From positions 1,568,001 through 1,632,000 of the forward strand of contig CAXXLF010000002.1 of the NCBI GenBank assembly GCA_963664015.2: a stretch of DNA of 64,000 nucleotides, read 5' to 3'. The notes under the pieces were generated by a model, which searched no databases, was not told the origin of the DNA, and saw only the letters and a program-made list of their open reading frames with translations. Positions 1-10,096 of this stretch are shown here, one piece after another. The translations under genes were made by a program, and so were the position numbers. Source of the DNA: Candidatus Binatia bacterium. Its GTDB lineage: Bacteria; Desulfobacterota; Binatia; UBA9968; CAXXLF01. Within the stretch, counting starts at the first letter, position 1; each line of letters starts with the position of its first letter.

Positions 1-56
1 AATATCTCGCCATCGGCGAAAGCGACCGCATGACGCTGAAGTTTCGAAAGCCGTAG
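1..56 (+). CDS. 3' end of a class I SAM-dependent methyltransferase (COG4798-like), partial
   Basis: Frame 3 reads YLAIGESDRMTLKFRKP-stop, the characteristic C-terminus of this family; the gene runs off the window. Confidence 0.7.
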   Translation, partial: YLAIGESDRMTLKFRKP

Positions 57-115
57 GGCAAGAGAAAGCCGGCAACTCTCAGTGATAAGTCAAAAAATAG
101 AGGGAGGAGAAAAAT

Positions 116-820
116 ATGATGCGGGTATAGTCTTCATTAGTATTTACTCTCTTCTTGCTTTTTCCACAGGGTGCTCGAAGCCAGGATAAGGGAGCAGCGG
201 AAGCAAAGGCGTTTTTAAGGGAAAAACAATAACCTGGCAGATAGGTTCCACCCCGGGAGCTTCGACGGGTCTTCTGGCTCGGCTGGCAGCCCCATACTGG
301 GCGAAGTATACCGGCGCCCGGATCATCGTTCAGAACCGCCCCGGGGGAGGCGGGATCGCAATTTTCAACTTCCTCAACAAACGTGGCAAACGGGACGGTC
401 TGACCGCGGTTGGCATATTGCTTTCACACAGCTCCTTGGCAGGATCGTCGGTCGACCGGGGATACAATTTGACATAGAAAAGCTGTCCTGGGTGGGCGTG
501 GTTCCCACTGTAGTCAATACCTTTGTTGCCAATAAGAAAAAAATCAAATCCCTGGACGAATTAAGGAACTCAGAGCGTCCCTTGCGCTGGGGGCTGACCC
601 GACCAGGAGGTAACAGTCACTTCATGGGGGCCACGCTCGCGAAGGTCCTGGGACTCAAGGTTCAAATTGTTTCCGGGTACCCGGGAACGCCGGCGGTCCG
701 CCAAGCCTTGCTGAGTGGGGAGATCGACGTCACCGCGTTTCCTCCGACTCTCTTCGCATCACAAATCAAGGAAGGACTAGTTATTCCCTTGATCCATATG
801 GGGCAAATGCCTCACCCCGG
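116..820 (+). pseudogene. Bug/TctC tripartite tricarboxylate transporter substrate-binding protein, degraded
   Basis: Segments FKGKTITWQIGSTPG, IIVQNRPGGGG and VSGYPGTPAVRQALLSGEID; early TAG after the ATG at 116, frameshifts, C-terminus missing. Confidence 0.75.
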
Positions 821-1273
821 TAGAAAGATAACCCTAGGGGCGGTTTTCGACCACTTCCCCAACGATCTTGACTGTCTTTTGTAAATCCTTTTTCTCTTTG
901 TTCCTATTTTTTATGTAGCTGTAGCGTGGATCCAAGTCTCCGTCCCGACTTCGTGTCCCTGGGCGACGATCTCCTTGAAAACATCGGGATAGTTCTGAAT
1001 CGTGATACCCGTAGGGGAAAAGGTTGTTTGAACGCCCTCCTTGTGGAATAGCTCCAGCATGCGAAAGACACCCACGCGCTCGCCGTATTCCCTGTCCGTA
1101 ATGGAGCCAAGATTTTTCTTGGTCACTGCGTTCTTGGGAAACACCCGGCGAGCTTCCTGCTGCAGCGATCCGCCTACCCCCAAATCCGCGGGCCAGGTCT
1201 CAAAGGCCACCCATGGCGTAATAGCGAGCCGTGCTCCGTTGGTCCAGAGAATGGGTTCCCTCTTTCTTTTCAT
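812..1273 (-). pseudogene. Polysaccharide deacetylase / PuuE-like protein, truncated
   Basis: WTNGARLAI, DREYGERVGVFRMLELF and GHEVG motifs; frameshift near 925, then IKNRNKEKKDLQKTV...RP*GYLSTGVR, ending inside the tctC remnant. Confidence 0.75.
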
Positions 1274-1557
1274 AATTAGCCTCCCAATTTCGGAATTGGC
1301 CTTACTCACGCCTCAACCATTGAGGCTTGTCAAGTTGCTTCCCAGGTTCGGACTAAACCTAACCCACCGATATCCTATTGGAATGTTGGCAAATAAACTA
1401 AATTTATGGCTTGGAAAGGTGATTTGAACATTAAAATCGTAGAGCTAAGGAGGCATGGGTGCTGCAATTGACAAGCTCGCCCTACCGGGGTTAGAATGCC
1501 GCCGGTCAACTAGTCACTTCAAAACTTAAACCAGCTCGTTAAAGGAGGATTCCAATC

Positions 1558-2718
1558 ATGGTCATGCTCGGTACCGACATGAAGGTCGCAGCGACCCCCA
1601 CGGAGGGTCTTGAAGAGTGGAGGGAGCCCGACGCCTATGATACCTGGCTGAAGCAGGAAGGCGTAAAGGTTTACGAGGAGTTCTACTTTCCGAGCCTGGC
1701 AAAGATCGAGCTGGGGCCGTGGGAGCGCAAGGGAGGAAGCGGCGCCGTTATCCACATCGACAACCGCCATATGCCCAATGACTGCCACGTCGTTGAGATC
1801 AAGCCCGGGGGCAAATCCGAGCCGGAGCACCACATGTACGAATGCACGGTCTACGTGGTCTCGGGCCGCGGTGCGACGACCATCTGGCAGGATGAGAAGC
1901 ACAAGCAGACCTTCGAGTGGCACGCCGGTAGCCTCTTTGCCATCCCGCTCAACTCGTGGTACCAGAATTTCAACGGCAGCGGCGACGAGCCTGTCCGCTA
2001 CGTCACAGTGACCAACGCCCCTCCCATGATGCGGCTCTACAACGACAATAACTTTATATTCAACTGCGATTACAATTTCCGCTCTCGCTATTCGGACGAG
2101 GAGGACTATTTCAGTGGTAAGGGCAAACTTTTCAAAAAGCGGGTGTGGGAGTCCAACTTCATCGCCAATGCGCCGGACATGCTGCTCTATTCGCGGGACA
2201 ACCGGGGCGCCGGCGGTATCCACGCCGCCCTCGAGATGGCCAATAACAATATGAAAAATCACATTTCTGAGTTTCCCATTGGCACGTACAAGAAAGCCCA
2301 CCAACATGGTCCGGGAGCCCACCTGGTCCTGCTGAGTGGTACCGGCGGCTATTCTCTGGTCTGGACCAAGCCGGACCGTTCCGACATGATCAAGTGCGAC
2401 TGGCAGTTCGGTTCCATGGTCGTCGTCCAAAACGACGACTGCTTTCATCAGCACTTCAACACGGGGACCAACCGAGCCCGCTACCTGGCGCTGAGGACGG
2501 GCGATATGGGTCTCAACTCGTCGAAGCCCGCCCCCATTCAGCCAACCGAAGTCAGTATCAAGGACGGCGGCGGCCAGATCGAGTACCAGGACGAAGACCG
2601 GGAGATCCACGAGATCTTCGAAAAAGACCTGAAGGCCCACGGCGCGCCGTGCAAGATGAAGGCCTTTATCCCCTGGTGCACCGGTGAGGACGGACCGATG
2701 AGCGAGAGGGATACGTAA
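1558..2718 (+). CDS. Bicupin (double cupin) protein
   Basis: Two cupin motifs (PEHHMYE...NSWYQNFN; KKAHQHGPGAH...FHQHFNTG); RBS AGGAGG upstream. Confidence 0.85.
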   Translation: MVMLGTDMKVAATPTEGLEEWREPDAYDTWLKQEGVKVYEEFYFPSLAKIELGPWERKGGSGAVIHIDNRHMPNDCHVVEIKPGGKSEPEHHMYECTVYVVSGRGATTIWQDEKHKQTFEWHAGSLFAIPLNSWYQNFNGSGDEPVRYVTVTNAPPMMRLYNDNNFIFNCDYNFRSRYSDEEDYFSGKGKLFKKRVWESNFIANAPDMLLYSRDNRGAGGIHAALEMANNNMKNHISEFPIGTYKKAHQHGPGAHLVLLSGTGGYSLVWTKPDRSDMIKCDWQFGSMVVVQNDDCFHQHFNTGTNRARYLALRTGDMGLNSSKPAPIQPTEVSIKDGGGQIEYQDEDREIHEIFEKDLKAHGAPCKMKAFIPWCTGEDGPMSERDT

Positions 2719-2719
2719 G

Positions 2720-2915
2720 CGAAAAGAGCAGAGCGCGCTCAGGGCTGAGGAAAGATAGCTCTCAGCGTTCAGCTAGAGAAGACAGCCAGACAGCTTGCAG
2801 TAAGCAGGATACAGGAAACACTTAGATCTAAAAACTGATAGTTAGTCGTTCAGAGACGAGGACGACTGACCACAGGACTACAGACTGCCGATCACCGGCC
2901 TTCGGTGATGGGTAG
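2720..2915. repeat. Modular intergenic repeat block
   Basis: Contains AGCTCTCAGCGTTCAGCT (inverted copy of the motif near 6120 and 63827) and GACGACTGACCACAGGACTACAGAC heptamer-like units. Confidence 0.65.
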
Positions 2916-2942
2916 CCAGGCAGCAAAGGTTAGGAGGTTCTA

Positions 2943-3971
2943 GTGGAAGACTATCCCGCCATCGACGCCGATGGCCATATTATCGAGCGCAGGGAAGAAC
3001 TCCGTCAGTACCTGGAACCGCCTTACAATAAGCGCGGAGGAACCCTGACCCCCTCAGAACCGTGGGACCGGAGTCTCTACGGCAAACTTCCCTTGAATCA
3101 GGACGATTTTCCGTCGGTTCCGAGCGCCGAGGATTGGCTTCGCTTGATGGATAGGAGCCAGATAAGCGACGCGTATCTCTACCCGACCTCCATGGGAAAC
3201 GTCTCCCGGGTGCGCGAGGTGGACTTCGCTGTCGCCCTCAGCACAGCCTACAACAACTACGTCCACGACAAGTTTGCCAAGGTTTCGGATCGGCTGAAAC
3301 CCATTGCCCTGATTTCACCGCAGGATCCGGTCAGGGCGGCGAAGGAGCTGCGGCGGGCGGTAACGGATCTTGGCTACCGGGCCGGAGTGGTCCGAACGAC
3401 CGGCTTGCGATTGCCTCTCGGACATAGTTTTTACGATCCGATCTATGAGGAAGCGAGTCGTCTCGGCTGCGCCATCGCAGTTCACGGCACCAACGGCGGC
3501 GAGGAGGTTGCCTGTGGGGGATTCGACACCTTCACCGAGGTCCACACGGTCTCCTTTCCCGTAGGTATCATGGCTCAATTTACAAGCATGATCTATCAGG
3601 GCGTGCCGGAGCGTTACCCCAATCTTCGTTTGGCTTTCTTGGAAATCGGCTGCACATGGCTGCCCTACTGGCTGAACCGGATGGACGAGCACTGGGAGAA
3701 ACGGGGCACAGTGGAAACACCAAATTTGAAACGTCCTCCAAGCGAGTGCGTGCGCGAGCGGGGTATCTACTTTAGTCTCGAGGCAGAGGAGACCCTGTTG
3801 CCCGAGACCCTCAGATACGTTGGCGACAGTCACTTCCTGTATGCCACCGATATCCCCCACTGGGATAACGAATACAAAGAGAACCTGAATCGACTCAGGT
3901 CGCGAGACGACCTCTCCCCAGAGACAAAGAAAAAGCTCCTGCACGATAACGCGATAGCCCTGTACAGGTAG
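2943..3971 (+). CDS. Amidohydrolase-2 family protein
   Basis: DADGH, AVHG, AFLEIGCTWLP and YATDIPHWD motifs. Confidence 0.9.
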   Translation: MEDYPAIDADGHIIERREELRQYLEPPYNKRGGTLTPSEPWDRSLYGKLPLNQDDFPSVPSAEDWLRLMDRSQISDAYLYPTSMGNVSRVREVDFAVALSTAYNNYVHDKFAKVSDRLKPIALISPQDPVRAAKELRRAVTDLGYRAGVVRTTGLRLPLGHSFYDPIYEEASRLGCAIAVHGTNGGEEVACGGFDTFTEVHTVSFPVGIMAQFTSMIYQGVPERYPNLRLAFLEIGCTWLPYWLNRMDEHWEKRGTVETPNLKRPPSECVRERGIYFSLEAEETLLPETLRYVGDSHFLYATDIPHWDNEYKENLNRLRSRDDLSPETKKKLLHDNAIALYR

Positions 3972-3974
3972 AAG

Positions 3975-4380
3975 ACAGCAGACAACCTTTCAGCTGTCAG
4001 AATTTAGCAAAGAAGTGTTGAGTGTTAAGTAAACAGTGATCAGGTCAAACTTCTTTTACGGCAGATAGATGAAGACGGGGGATCAAATTCTAAATCCCAA
4101 GCACCAAACATCAAACAAATCCGAATTTCGAAGCTCTAAACAATACCGAACCCCTAAACTACTCAATCCGATAGTTTTGGAGATTGGATATTTTGTCATT
4201 TGAATTTGTTTCGTATTTGGGATTTCGAATCTCGAGTTCTGAAACCACTGTTACCCTCTTTGGCTGATAGCTAGTCCTGTCCTGTTGCTCCCAGCCCACT
4301 GCTTGCTATCTTTCTGACCTCTGACATCCGACCTCCGGTTCTGTGCACTATGCAGTAACGGCTAATACCTGATTACTCAA
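3975..4380. repeat. Modular palindromic intergenic block
   Basis: Imperfect inverted pair at about 4085-4141 / 4174-4238 (AAATCCCAA...AAACAAAT vs ATTTGTTT...TTGGGATTT) and a TCTGACCTCTGAC unit inverted relative to 5729-5760. Confidence 0.7.
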
Positions 4381-4385
4381 TCCAC

Positions 4386-5621
4386 TCATTCCAGTCCTTC
4401 ACTTTCCGGTGGAGTGGTGCCCTGGGGGTACCGGTAGAGCTCCGGGAGACGGAGCAATAAAAAGCTACCGTAGATTAGAAAGAACGCACATGCCCCGGTT
4501 ATGGCCCAGGGGGCGCTTACAAGTGAGGCGAGGGTGCCGAGTTGTAAGTGACCTAGAGGCCCAATCCCCCGGTGGACCATCATGTTCATTGACATGATCC
4601 GCCCGCGCAACCGATCGGTGATCGAGAGCTGAAGCATCGTGTTCCGAACGGTCCCTCCCATAATGTCCAACGCACCTGCAAGGGCAAGCCAAAGCAGGGA
4701 AACCGGCATCCATTTAGAAAAAGAAAAGAACATGAGCACCACGGGCATGGCAAAGGAAGAGATGGTGAACAGGCGCCCCTTCTTTCTCACATCACCCATG
4801 GCGATGGCCAACCCTGAACCGATCAGCGCGCCTATCCCCGGTGCGGCATAGAGCAGGCCGAGTCCCGTCGGACCAACGTTGAGAATGTCGCGGGCGAAAA
4901 CGGGCAACAGGGCTCGGTAGGTCACAAAGAACGTGTGGACAGCCTCTATACTGAGGAGGCCCCAGAGGAAACGGTTGTCCAGTACGGTCCGGAAGCCTTC
5001 GACGATGGACCGAGTCATCGATGTCTTATGAGTCGGGACCTCCATCGCCGCAATTCTCATCAAGAACAGGGCCACCAGGACCATTCCATGGAGCAGGGCA
5101 TAAGCAAAGAACGTCCACGTGATTCCCAACAGGGATATGCCGAGACCGGCAATCATAGGGCCCACCAGGGCGGTACTGCGTCGAACCGCCGAGGTAAGGG
5201 CAACCGCCCTCATGAGTTCCTCACGGGGAACCAAGCTGGGAACGAGGGATTGGCGTGCGGGACCATCGAAACCGGTAATGGTCGCGTTAAGAAAACCGAG
5301 CGCGTAGAGATGCCAGACCTGGATCAGGTCCAAGCCTGTAAGGATACCAGGAATCAAAGCCAGAACTGTGCTGACGATCTGGGCGGTGAGCAGTATCTTT
5401 CGCCGGTCCATGCGATCAGCGAGCGCACCCCCATACATGGATGTAATGAGGAAGGGAATCGACGAAAAGATACCCATCACCCCAAGCATAAATGGCGAGT
5501 CCGTCAGCTCGAAGATCAGCCACATGGTCGCTACTTGATGAACCCATGAGGCGCTGGCAGCGACGGCCCAGCTTGTCCAGAGGAGCCTGAAATTGCGATG
5601 TCGTAACGGACCCAGTGTCAC
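4386..5621 (-). CDS. MFS transporter (MFS_3 / EntS-like)
   Basis: LRHRNFRLLW, GGALADRMDRRK, FDGPARQSLVP and LRGR motifs; about 12 hydrophobic segments; start at GTG 5621 is inferred. Confidence 0.9.
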   Translation of the reverse strand: MTLGPLRHRNFRLLWTSWAVAASASWVHQVATMWLIFELTDSPFMLGVMGIFSSIPFLITSMYGGALADRMDRRKILLTAQIVSTVLALIPGILTGLDLIQVWHLYALGFLNATITGFDGPARQSLVPSLVPREELMRAVALTSAVRRSTALVGPMIAGLGISLLGITWTFFAYALLHGMVLVALFLMRIAAMEVPTHKTSMTRSIVEGFRTVLDNRFLWGLLSIEAVHTFFVTYRALLPVFARDILNVGPTGLGLLYAAPGIGALIGSGLAIAMGDVRKKGRLFTISSFAMPVVLMFFSFSKWMPVSLLWLALAGALDIMGGTVRNTMLQLSITDRLRGRIMSMNMMVHRGIGPLGHLQLGTLASLVSAPWAITGACAFFLIYGSFLLLRLPELYRYPQGTTPPESEGLE

Positions 5622-5699
5622 GGTGCCTGTCTTTTCACTTTCAAACCTAATTCTATTAGAGAAAGGCCCCGGGGGATCCCGGGGCATCCTCAACGTACT

Positions 5700-6190
5700 A
5701 CAAAAAGGAGCAAAGAGCATAGGGGCAAAGAACCAGAGGGCGGAGATCAGAGGTCAGAGATCGGACTAGCGCAAAATGCATAACGCTAAGGGCAAAGCGC
5801 ATGGAGCAAAGCGTTATAAGTTTACGGACTACTGACTACGGGACTACAAAGACGCATTTAGTACTGAGCAACGAGTGCTGAGTAGTGAGTTACCGGACTA
5901 AAGTAAGACAGTAGGCAGCAATTAGCTAAGAGACTAGCGACGACAGGACTACTGACCACAGACAAAAGACAGACAGAAGACAAGATCCGGACGCTTTGCG
6001 CTCTGCCCTATGCGCTTTACTCTTCTCGCGTCGGCGAATATCTGCGGTTAAAGAATCCGGATCCGAATACTGAGAACTGTTTACTGAAAACTGGTAACCA
6101 AACAATAAGTTCAATCCGGAGCTGAACGCTGATAGCTTTATTGCTGCCTACTGTCTTACTGTTTTACGCCATGCGCTATGCAGCGCTTAG
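5700..6190. repeat. Modular palindromic intergenic block
   Basis: Perfect 21-bp inverted repeat AGTAAGACAGTAGGCAGCAAT (5902-5922 / 6140-6160); segment 6061-6136 nearly identical to 63767-63842. Confidence 0.8.
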
Positions 6191-6192
6191 GG

Positions 6193-7254
6193 CTACGTTC
6201 GCATCGGCAGCGTAACAATCGCCTGACCTCGCGCGGCCTCCGCCCGTGGGTTGTGGACGGAAATCTCCAGGTGAACTCGGCCTAGGTTATCGACCACCTC
6301 TTTGTTCACGATCCGGGCCCGGCAGGTCAGCGTGTCCCCCGGATGGCTGTTTTTCACCATGCGGAAGGGACCCAGTTTCCGCAGCCGCCCATCCAGGCCC
6401 ATCCACCTGCGCAGTGTAATTTCGAATACCATTTCATAGCCGCGGGTGTTGAAGATAATATCATCAAGGCCAGCGGCGCGGGCCGCCTCACGGTTGTGAT
6501 GGATGGAGCTCCACATGCGATCGACGGCCACGCTCATCACGATTCGCTGGTAGTTTAGCCATACACTGTACGGCGGTACGTCGTCCCCTATGTTCACGCT
6601 CTCGAAGGAGAGCTGTTGACCCCAGTCCACTTTAGGATTTTGCTCTTCCGACCTTGCCTCAGAGGGCGGACCCGGCTCAGTGGGAGCTTCTTTAACAGCT
6701 TCCGGGCGCTTGGGAAACGGATCGTACCGATAGCCGGTATTTCCCTGGATGGCCACAAGCTCCCCGGTCTGCTTCGACATTCTAGTCTCATACGTCAAAA
6801 AGACGCCGTCCCCGAGACGAGTTCGCTTGGGCGTAATCTCTACAAGTTTCGACGTCCCACGCAACCGATCGCCTGGATAGAGCGGCTCAAAATGCTCTAC
6901 CTCACTGGCGCTGTTGAAGCCCTTCGAATAAGGGACTGGGATGTTGCCCCGAACGGTGCCGCTTTTTTCAGAGAGACCCGGGGCAAAGATCGACGGTTCC
7001 CCGGGAGACCAGTACGCAGGCATAGCCCAAAGCGGGGTCATGGACACAGGCGCAACGAGGGTACGGTATCCATGAGCCCTGGCCACAGCCTCGTCGTAGT
7101 GCACTGGGCAGTCGAAACAGTACACTTCAACTTTCCGGCGGATGTCGTTGCGTGTAACCTCGTCTACGCCTTCGAAGTTCGACTCGACCCCCAGCCATTT
7201 CCGGGTATCTTCCAGTGAAATGTCCACTTTTTCCGTTCGATCTGCCATCTTCAC
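6193..7254 (-). CDS. Double hotdog MaoC/FAS1-like dehydratase
   Basis: Two MaoC-like domains (CPVHYDEAVAR...PLYPGDRL; SIHHNREAARAAG...HPGDTL). Confidence 0.85.
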   Translation of the reverse strand: MKMADRTEKVDISLEDTRKWLGVESNFEGVDEVTRNDIRRKVEVYCFDCPVHYDEAVARAHGYRTLVAPVSMTPLWAMPAYWSPGEPSIFAPGLSEKSGTVRGNIPVPYSKGFNSASEVEHFEPLYPGDRLRGTSKLVEITPKRTRLGDGVFLTYETRMSKQTGELVAIQGNTGYRYDPFPKRPEAVKEAPTEPGPPSEARSEEQNPKVDWGQQLSFESVNIGDDVPPYSVWLNYQRIVMSVAVDRMWSSIHHNREAARAAGLDDIIFNTRGYEMVFEITLRRWMGLDGRLRKLGPFRMVKNSHPGDTLTCRARIVNKEVVDNLGRVHLEISVHNPRAEAARGQAIVTLPMRT

Positions 7255-7346
7255 ACCATAGGTCAGGAAGGTTAGACCGCAATTTCGTCGGGGTCAATGT
7301 CAGGGCCGGGATTCTCCATTGCAGCCCTGGATCAATGGAACAGCGG

Positions 7347-8858
7347 TCAGCCGAACACCAGGGACTTCACGACGACGGGAACGGCACCCCGGTTCAGCAG
7401 TTCCTGGCCAATATCAATGAAATCCAGGTCGCGCAATTCGATCTCGTCCACAATTACAATATCGGACTTTACCTCTAACTCATGCTTCAGCAGCGTTCCT
7501 AACAATCCACCGATATCCGAATCGAAGACCAGGACCCACGGGGTACCGTTACCTCTGGGCGCGAGAGCCGAGCTAATCCCTGTGGCCAAGGCAAGAGCAA
7601 GATCATAAGAAAAATCAAAGGGCCAGTGGAAAAACACTGCAATGGGATGATCAAGATTCTCCGTACCCAAATCAAGCCGCTCAATCGCCTGCCGGATCGC
7701 CCGAGCGAATCCTTCGGCGCTGAGCTGGTCCGGATCAACCTGGGGGACTACGACTTGAAAATCTCTCAGCGGCAAAACCCCGGGATCGGAGATGAAGATC
7801 GTGCTACTCGAAACCTGCACCGTGTACTGGGAGGCCCCGATCACGGTGGCACAGATCTTTTCATCCCCTTCCCCGAGGGGAACGCCCAGACTGGCTATCC
7901 GTGCCTGGATCTCCTCTGCCAGGAGCGGCCCCAGGTCACCGTAATCGCGATTATCGCAGCCGTAGATGTACTCGGCTATGCCTCCCGAGAAGGTGATCTC
8001 ATCGATCGGACCTTCAAAGGCCAAAGGATCGGTCAGCAAAAGAGCCGTCGCCAGAGGGGACAATGGTCCGCGGCGAAGGAATTCGAAGAGCAGGTCCGCC
8101 AGGCCCTGTGCCAGACGGCGTCTCTCCTCGGCGGACAGCCTCATTCCAAGTTCCGGATGGAGTCCCAAATGGTGTGCGACCCTGCGTCCCGGCTCCTCGA
8201 TACGCTGGAGGTGCCCCTGAAGGTCCCACGCAATGAGCCGGGCGCCGATATTGATCGCCGCCGTCTCAAGCACCGAACCGTCACGAACAAAAGTGGATTT
8301 ACATGTCCCACCGCCAACGTCCACGTTGAGTACGGTCCGGTGGTTGACCGATCGTGCAACAGCACCGGACCCGTGGGCCGACAGGATACCCTCCAGATGG
8401 GGCCCGGCAGTGGCACAGACAAAGTTTCCGCCCATGGCGGATAGCATGCGCGTGATCGCCTCTGAGTTCTTTTTTTTAACGGCTTCACCGGTGCAAATGA
8501 CGGCGCCGGTATCGACTTGCGATGGTCGTAGGCCCGCGTCTTGGTAGCCCTCCAGGATAAACGTCGAAAGCCGGTCGGTGTCGATAGTCTCGCTGTCCAC
8601 ATAGGGCGTCAGAAGGATAGGGGTGCGGTGCAGCACTTCGCGCCGGACCACCCGAAAACGGCTCGAGAGGTCGATGCCTTGCCGCTCTAAAAACAGCTTT
8701 GAAAGGGTGAGGTGGGTGGTGGTGGAGCCGACATCAATGCCTACGCTTTTCAGGATGAGCCACCCGGGATTGGGGGCAAAGGTCGCGGAGGGATCGATCT
8801 CTCCGCTTTCTGATGAATCCTCAGATTTCCCCGGATGGTGATGATGGTCATCGCTCAT
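7347..8858 (-). CDS. eutA: EutA-like ASKHA ATPase (ethanolamine ammonia-lyase reactivase family)
   Basis: SVGIDVGSTTTHL, DTGAVICTGEA, FVCATAGPHLE, NVDVGGGT, ATVIGASQYT and C-terminal DFIDIG...VPVVVKSLVF; His-rich N-terminus. Confidence 0.85.
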   Translation of the reverse strand: MSDDHHHHPGKSEDSSESGEIDPSATFAPNPGWLILKSVGIDVGSTTTHLTLSKLFLERQGIDLSSRFRVVRREVLHRTPILLTPYVDSETIDTDRLSTFILEGYQDAGLRPSQVDTGAVICTGEAVKKKNSEAITRMLSAMGGNFVCATAGPHLEGILSAHGSGAVARSVNHRTVLNVDVGGGTCKSTFVRDGSVLETAAINIGARLIAWDLQGHLQRIEEPGRRVAHHLGLHPELGMRLSAEERRRLAQGLADLLFEFLRRGPLSPLATALLLTDPLAFEGPIDEITFSGGIAEYIYGCDNRDYGDLGPLLAEEIQARIASLGVPLGEGDEKICATVIGASQYTVQVSSSTIFISDPGVLPLRDFQVVVPQVDPDQLSAEGFARAIRQAIERLDLGTENLDHPIAVFFHWPFDFSYDLALALATGISSALAPRGNGTPWVLVFDSDIGGLLGTLLKHELEVKSDIVIVDEIELRDLDFIDIGQELLNRGAVPVVVKSLVFG

Positions 8859-8887
8859 CGTCCGATGGTCCCTCTTCCTAGCGCCCT

Positions 8888-8926
8888 ATGAAGCCTCCAC
8901 GGGGTTACGCCCCGTGGACTCCTTCC
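8888..8926. repeat. REP-like hairpin (short copy)
   Basis: ATGAAGCCTCCACGGGGTTACGCCCCGTGGA hairpin; same start sequence as 17173 and similar to 31695. Confidence 0.65.
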
Positions 8927-8927
8927 C

Positions 8928-10031
8928 TTAAAGGTAGATCACGGGCGGCATGTTCAAGGGAATGTCTTTCTGCTTAAGCTCTTCGTTAAACTCTTTGCGC
9001 ACCTGGGGGTCTTCGTCCTCGTAATCGATGAGCGTGCCACCGTCTTTTATGCTGATGTAGCCGCTAAAGTCTTCACCGACCGTAAGTGTGTACCCGGGGA
9101 TCGCCGAGTTGCTGCCATATATGGCCAGATGGCGGGCCGGGCCTTTATTTGTATTGAGGTGCTGGTGAAACCAACCGTCGGGCGGGGTATAGATACTGCG
9201 CGGACCCCACTTGATCTTTAAGACCTTATCGCCGGCGCCCTCGGCGTAGGGTCGGACACCGACCTCCCGAGGCCACACGAGGACATAGCCTTCGCCCACA
9301 AGGCCGACCAGGATAGCGCCGGGGCCATGGTAGTGTGCCTTGTGATACCTTCCCGCCGGCCATTCGGATACATGCCCGTAGGGAAATCCGTCGGCCATCC
9401 TGTAACCAGTGAGCTGCCCGCCGGCAACCTTTTGCTCCAGACTGTCCAGGAACGCGGCGTTGGCGTCGGGGATGAAGTTGGTATACCAGATGGTTGCGAA
9501 GCGGCCCTCTTTCTGACGATCATCGGTGGGGGTAAAGTAATTCGCGTTCCCTTTGAAGTGATCCGTAAAGTTGTAATCGCAATTGAAGATGAATTCATGG
9601 GGACCCAAAGCACTCATCACCTTGGGAGCGGTGGTCACGGCGAGGAAGATTGCTGGCTCACGCGTTCCATTCAGGAGACGATGCCAGCAGTTGCGCGGCG
9701 GCGCAAAAACGCTACCCTCACCCCACTCAAAGGTTCGCTTGGGTCCTCCCTCTTGCCACACCTCCGTAACCCCACGCCCCTTCAAGATCACGATGGCCTC
9801 CTGGTAGAGGTGCCTTTCCGGGTTCAGCGCCTTGCCCCCGGGGATTTCCCCCACATAGATGCCTCGCTCGGCCTGTTGGGTCCCCATCATCTGGACGAAT
9901 GTCCCGTTGCCTCCGGTTCGCGCCCAGGGCTTCCTTGGGAGGTAGATCAGGTCGTCGGTCCCGGCAACGGTTTCATAGATAGGTATCCCTTCTTGTTCCA
10001 TCCAGGTTTGGTACGGGTATCTATCTCTCAT
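8928..10031 (-). CDS. Bicupin protein, paralog of 1558-2718
   Basis: PERHLYQE, NCWHRLLN, YHKAHYHGPGA, WFHQHLNT and IDYEDED motifs. Confidence 0.85.
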   Translation of the reverse strand: MRDRYPYQTWMEQEGIPIYETVAGTDDLIYLPRKPWARTGGNGTFVQMMGTQQAERGIYVGEIPGGKALNPERHLYQEAIVILKGRGVTEVWQEGGPKRTFEWGEGSVFAPPRNCWHRLLNGTREPAIFLAVTTAPKVMSALGPHEFIFNCDYNFTDHFKGNANYFTPTDDRQKEGRFATIWYTNFIPDANAAFLDSLEQKVAGGQLTGYRMADGFPYGHVSEWPAGRYHKAHYHGPGAILVGLVGEGYVLVWPREVGVRPYAEGAGDKVLKIKWGPRSIYTPPDGWFHQHLNTNKGPARHLAIYGSNSAIPGYTLTVGEDFSGYISIKDGGTLIDYEDEDPQVRKEFNEELKQKDIPLNMPPVIYL

Positions 10032-10096
10032 GTCTCTTTTTTGCTGCTCCAGGGTTACCTCCTTCGCGCAGGGACACTTTTCCGGTGGCCCAATAA

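Noticed and set aside
1519-2640. Long antisense ORFs (e.g. 1519-2640, 9327-10271, 7626-8444, 24507-25295)
   Set aside because: Shadows of well-supported genes on the opposite strand, with no recognisable motifs.
5700-6190. Intergenic repeats as a CRISPR array
   Set aside because: No regularly spaced identical direct repeats with unique spacers, and no cas genes.
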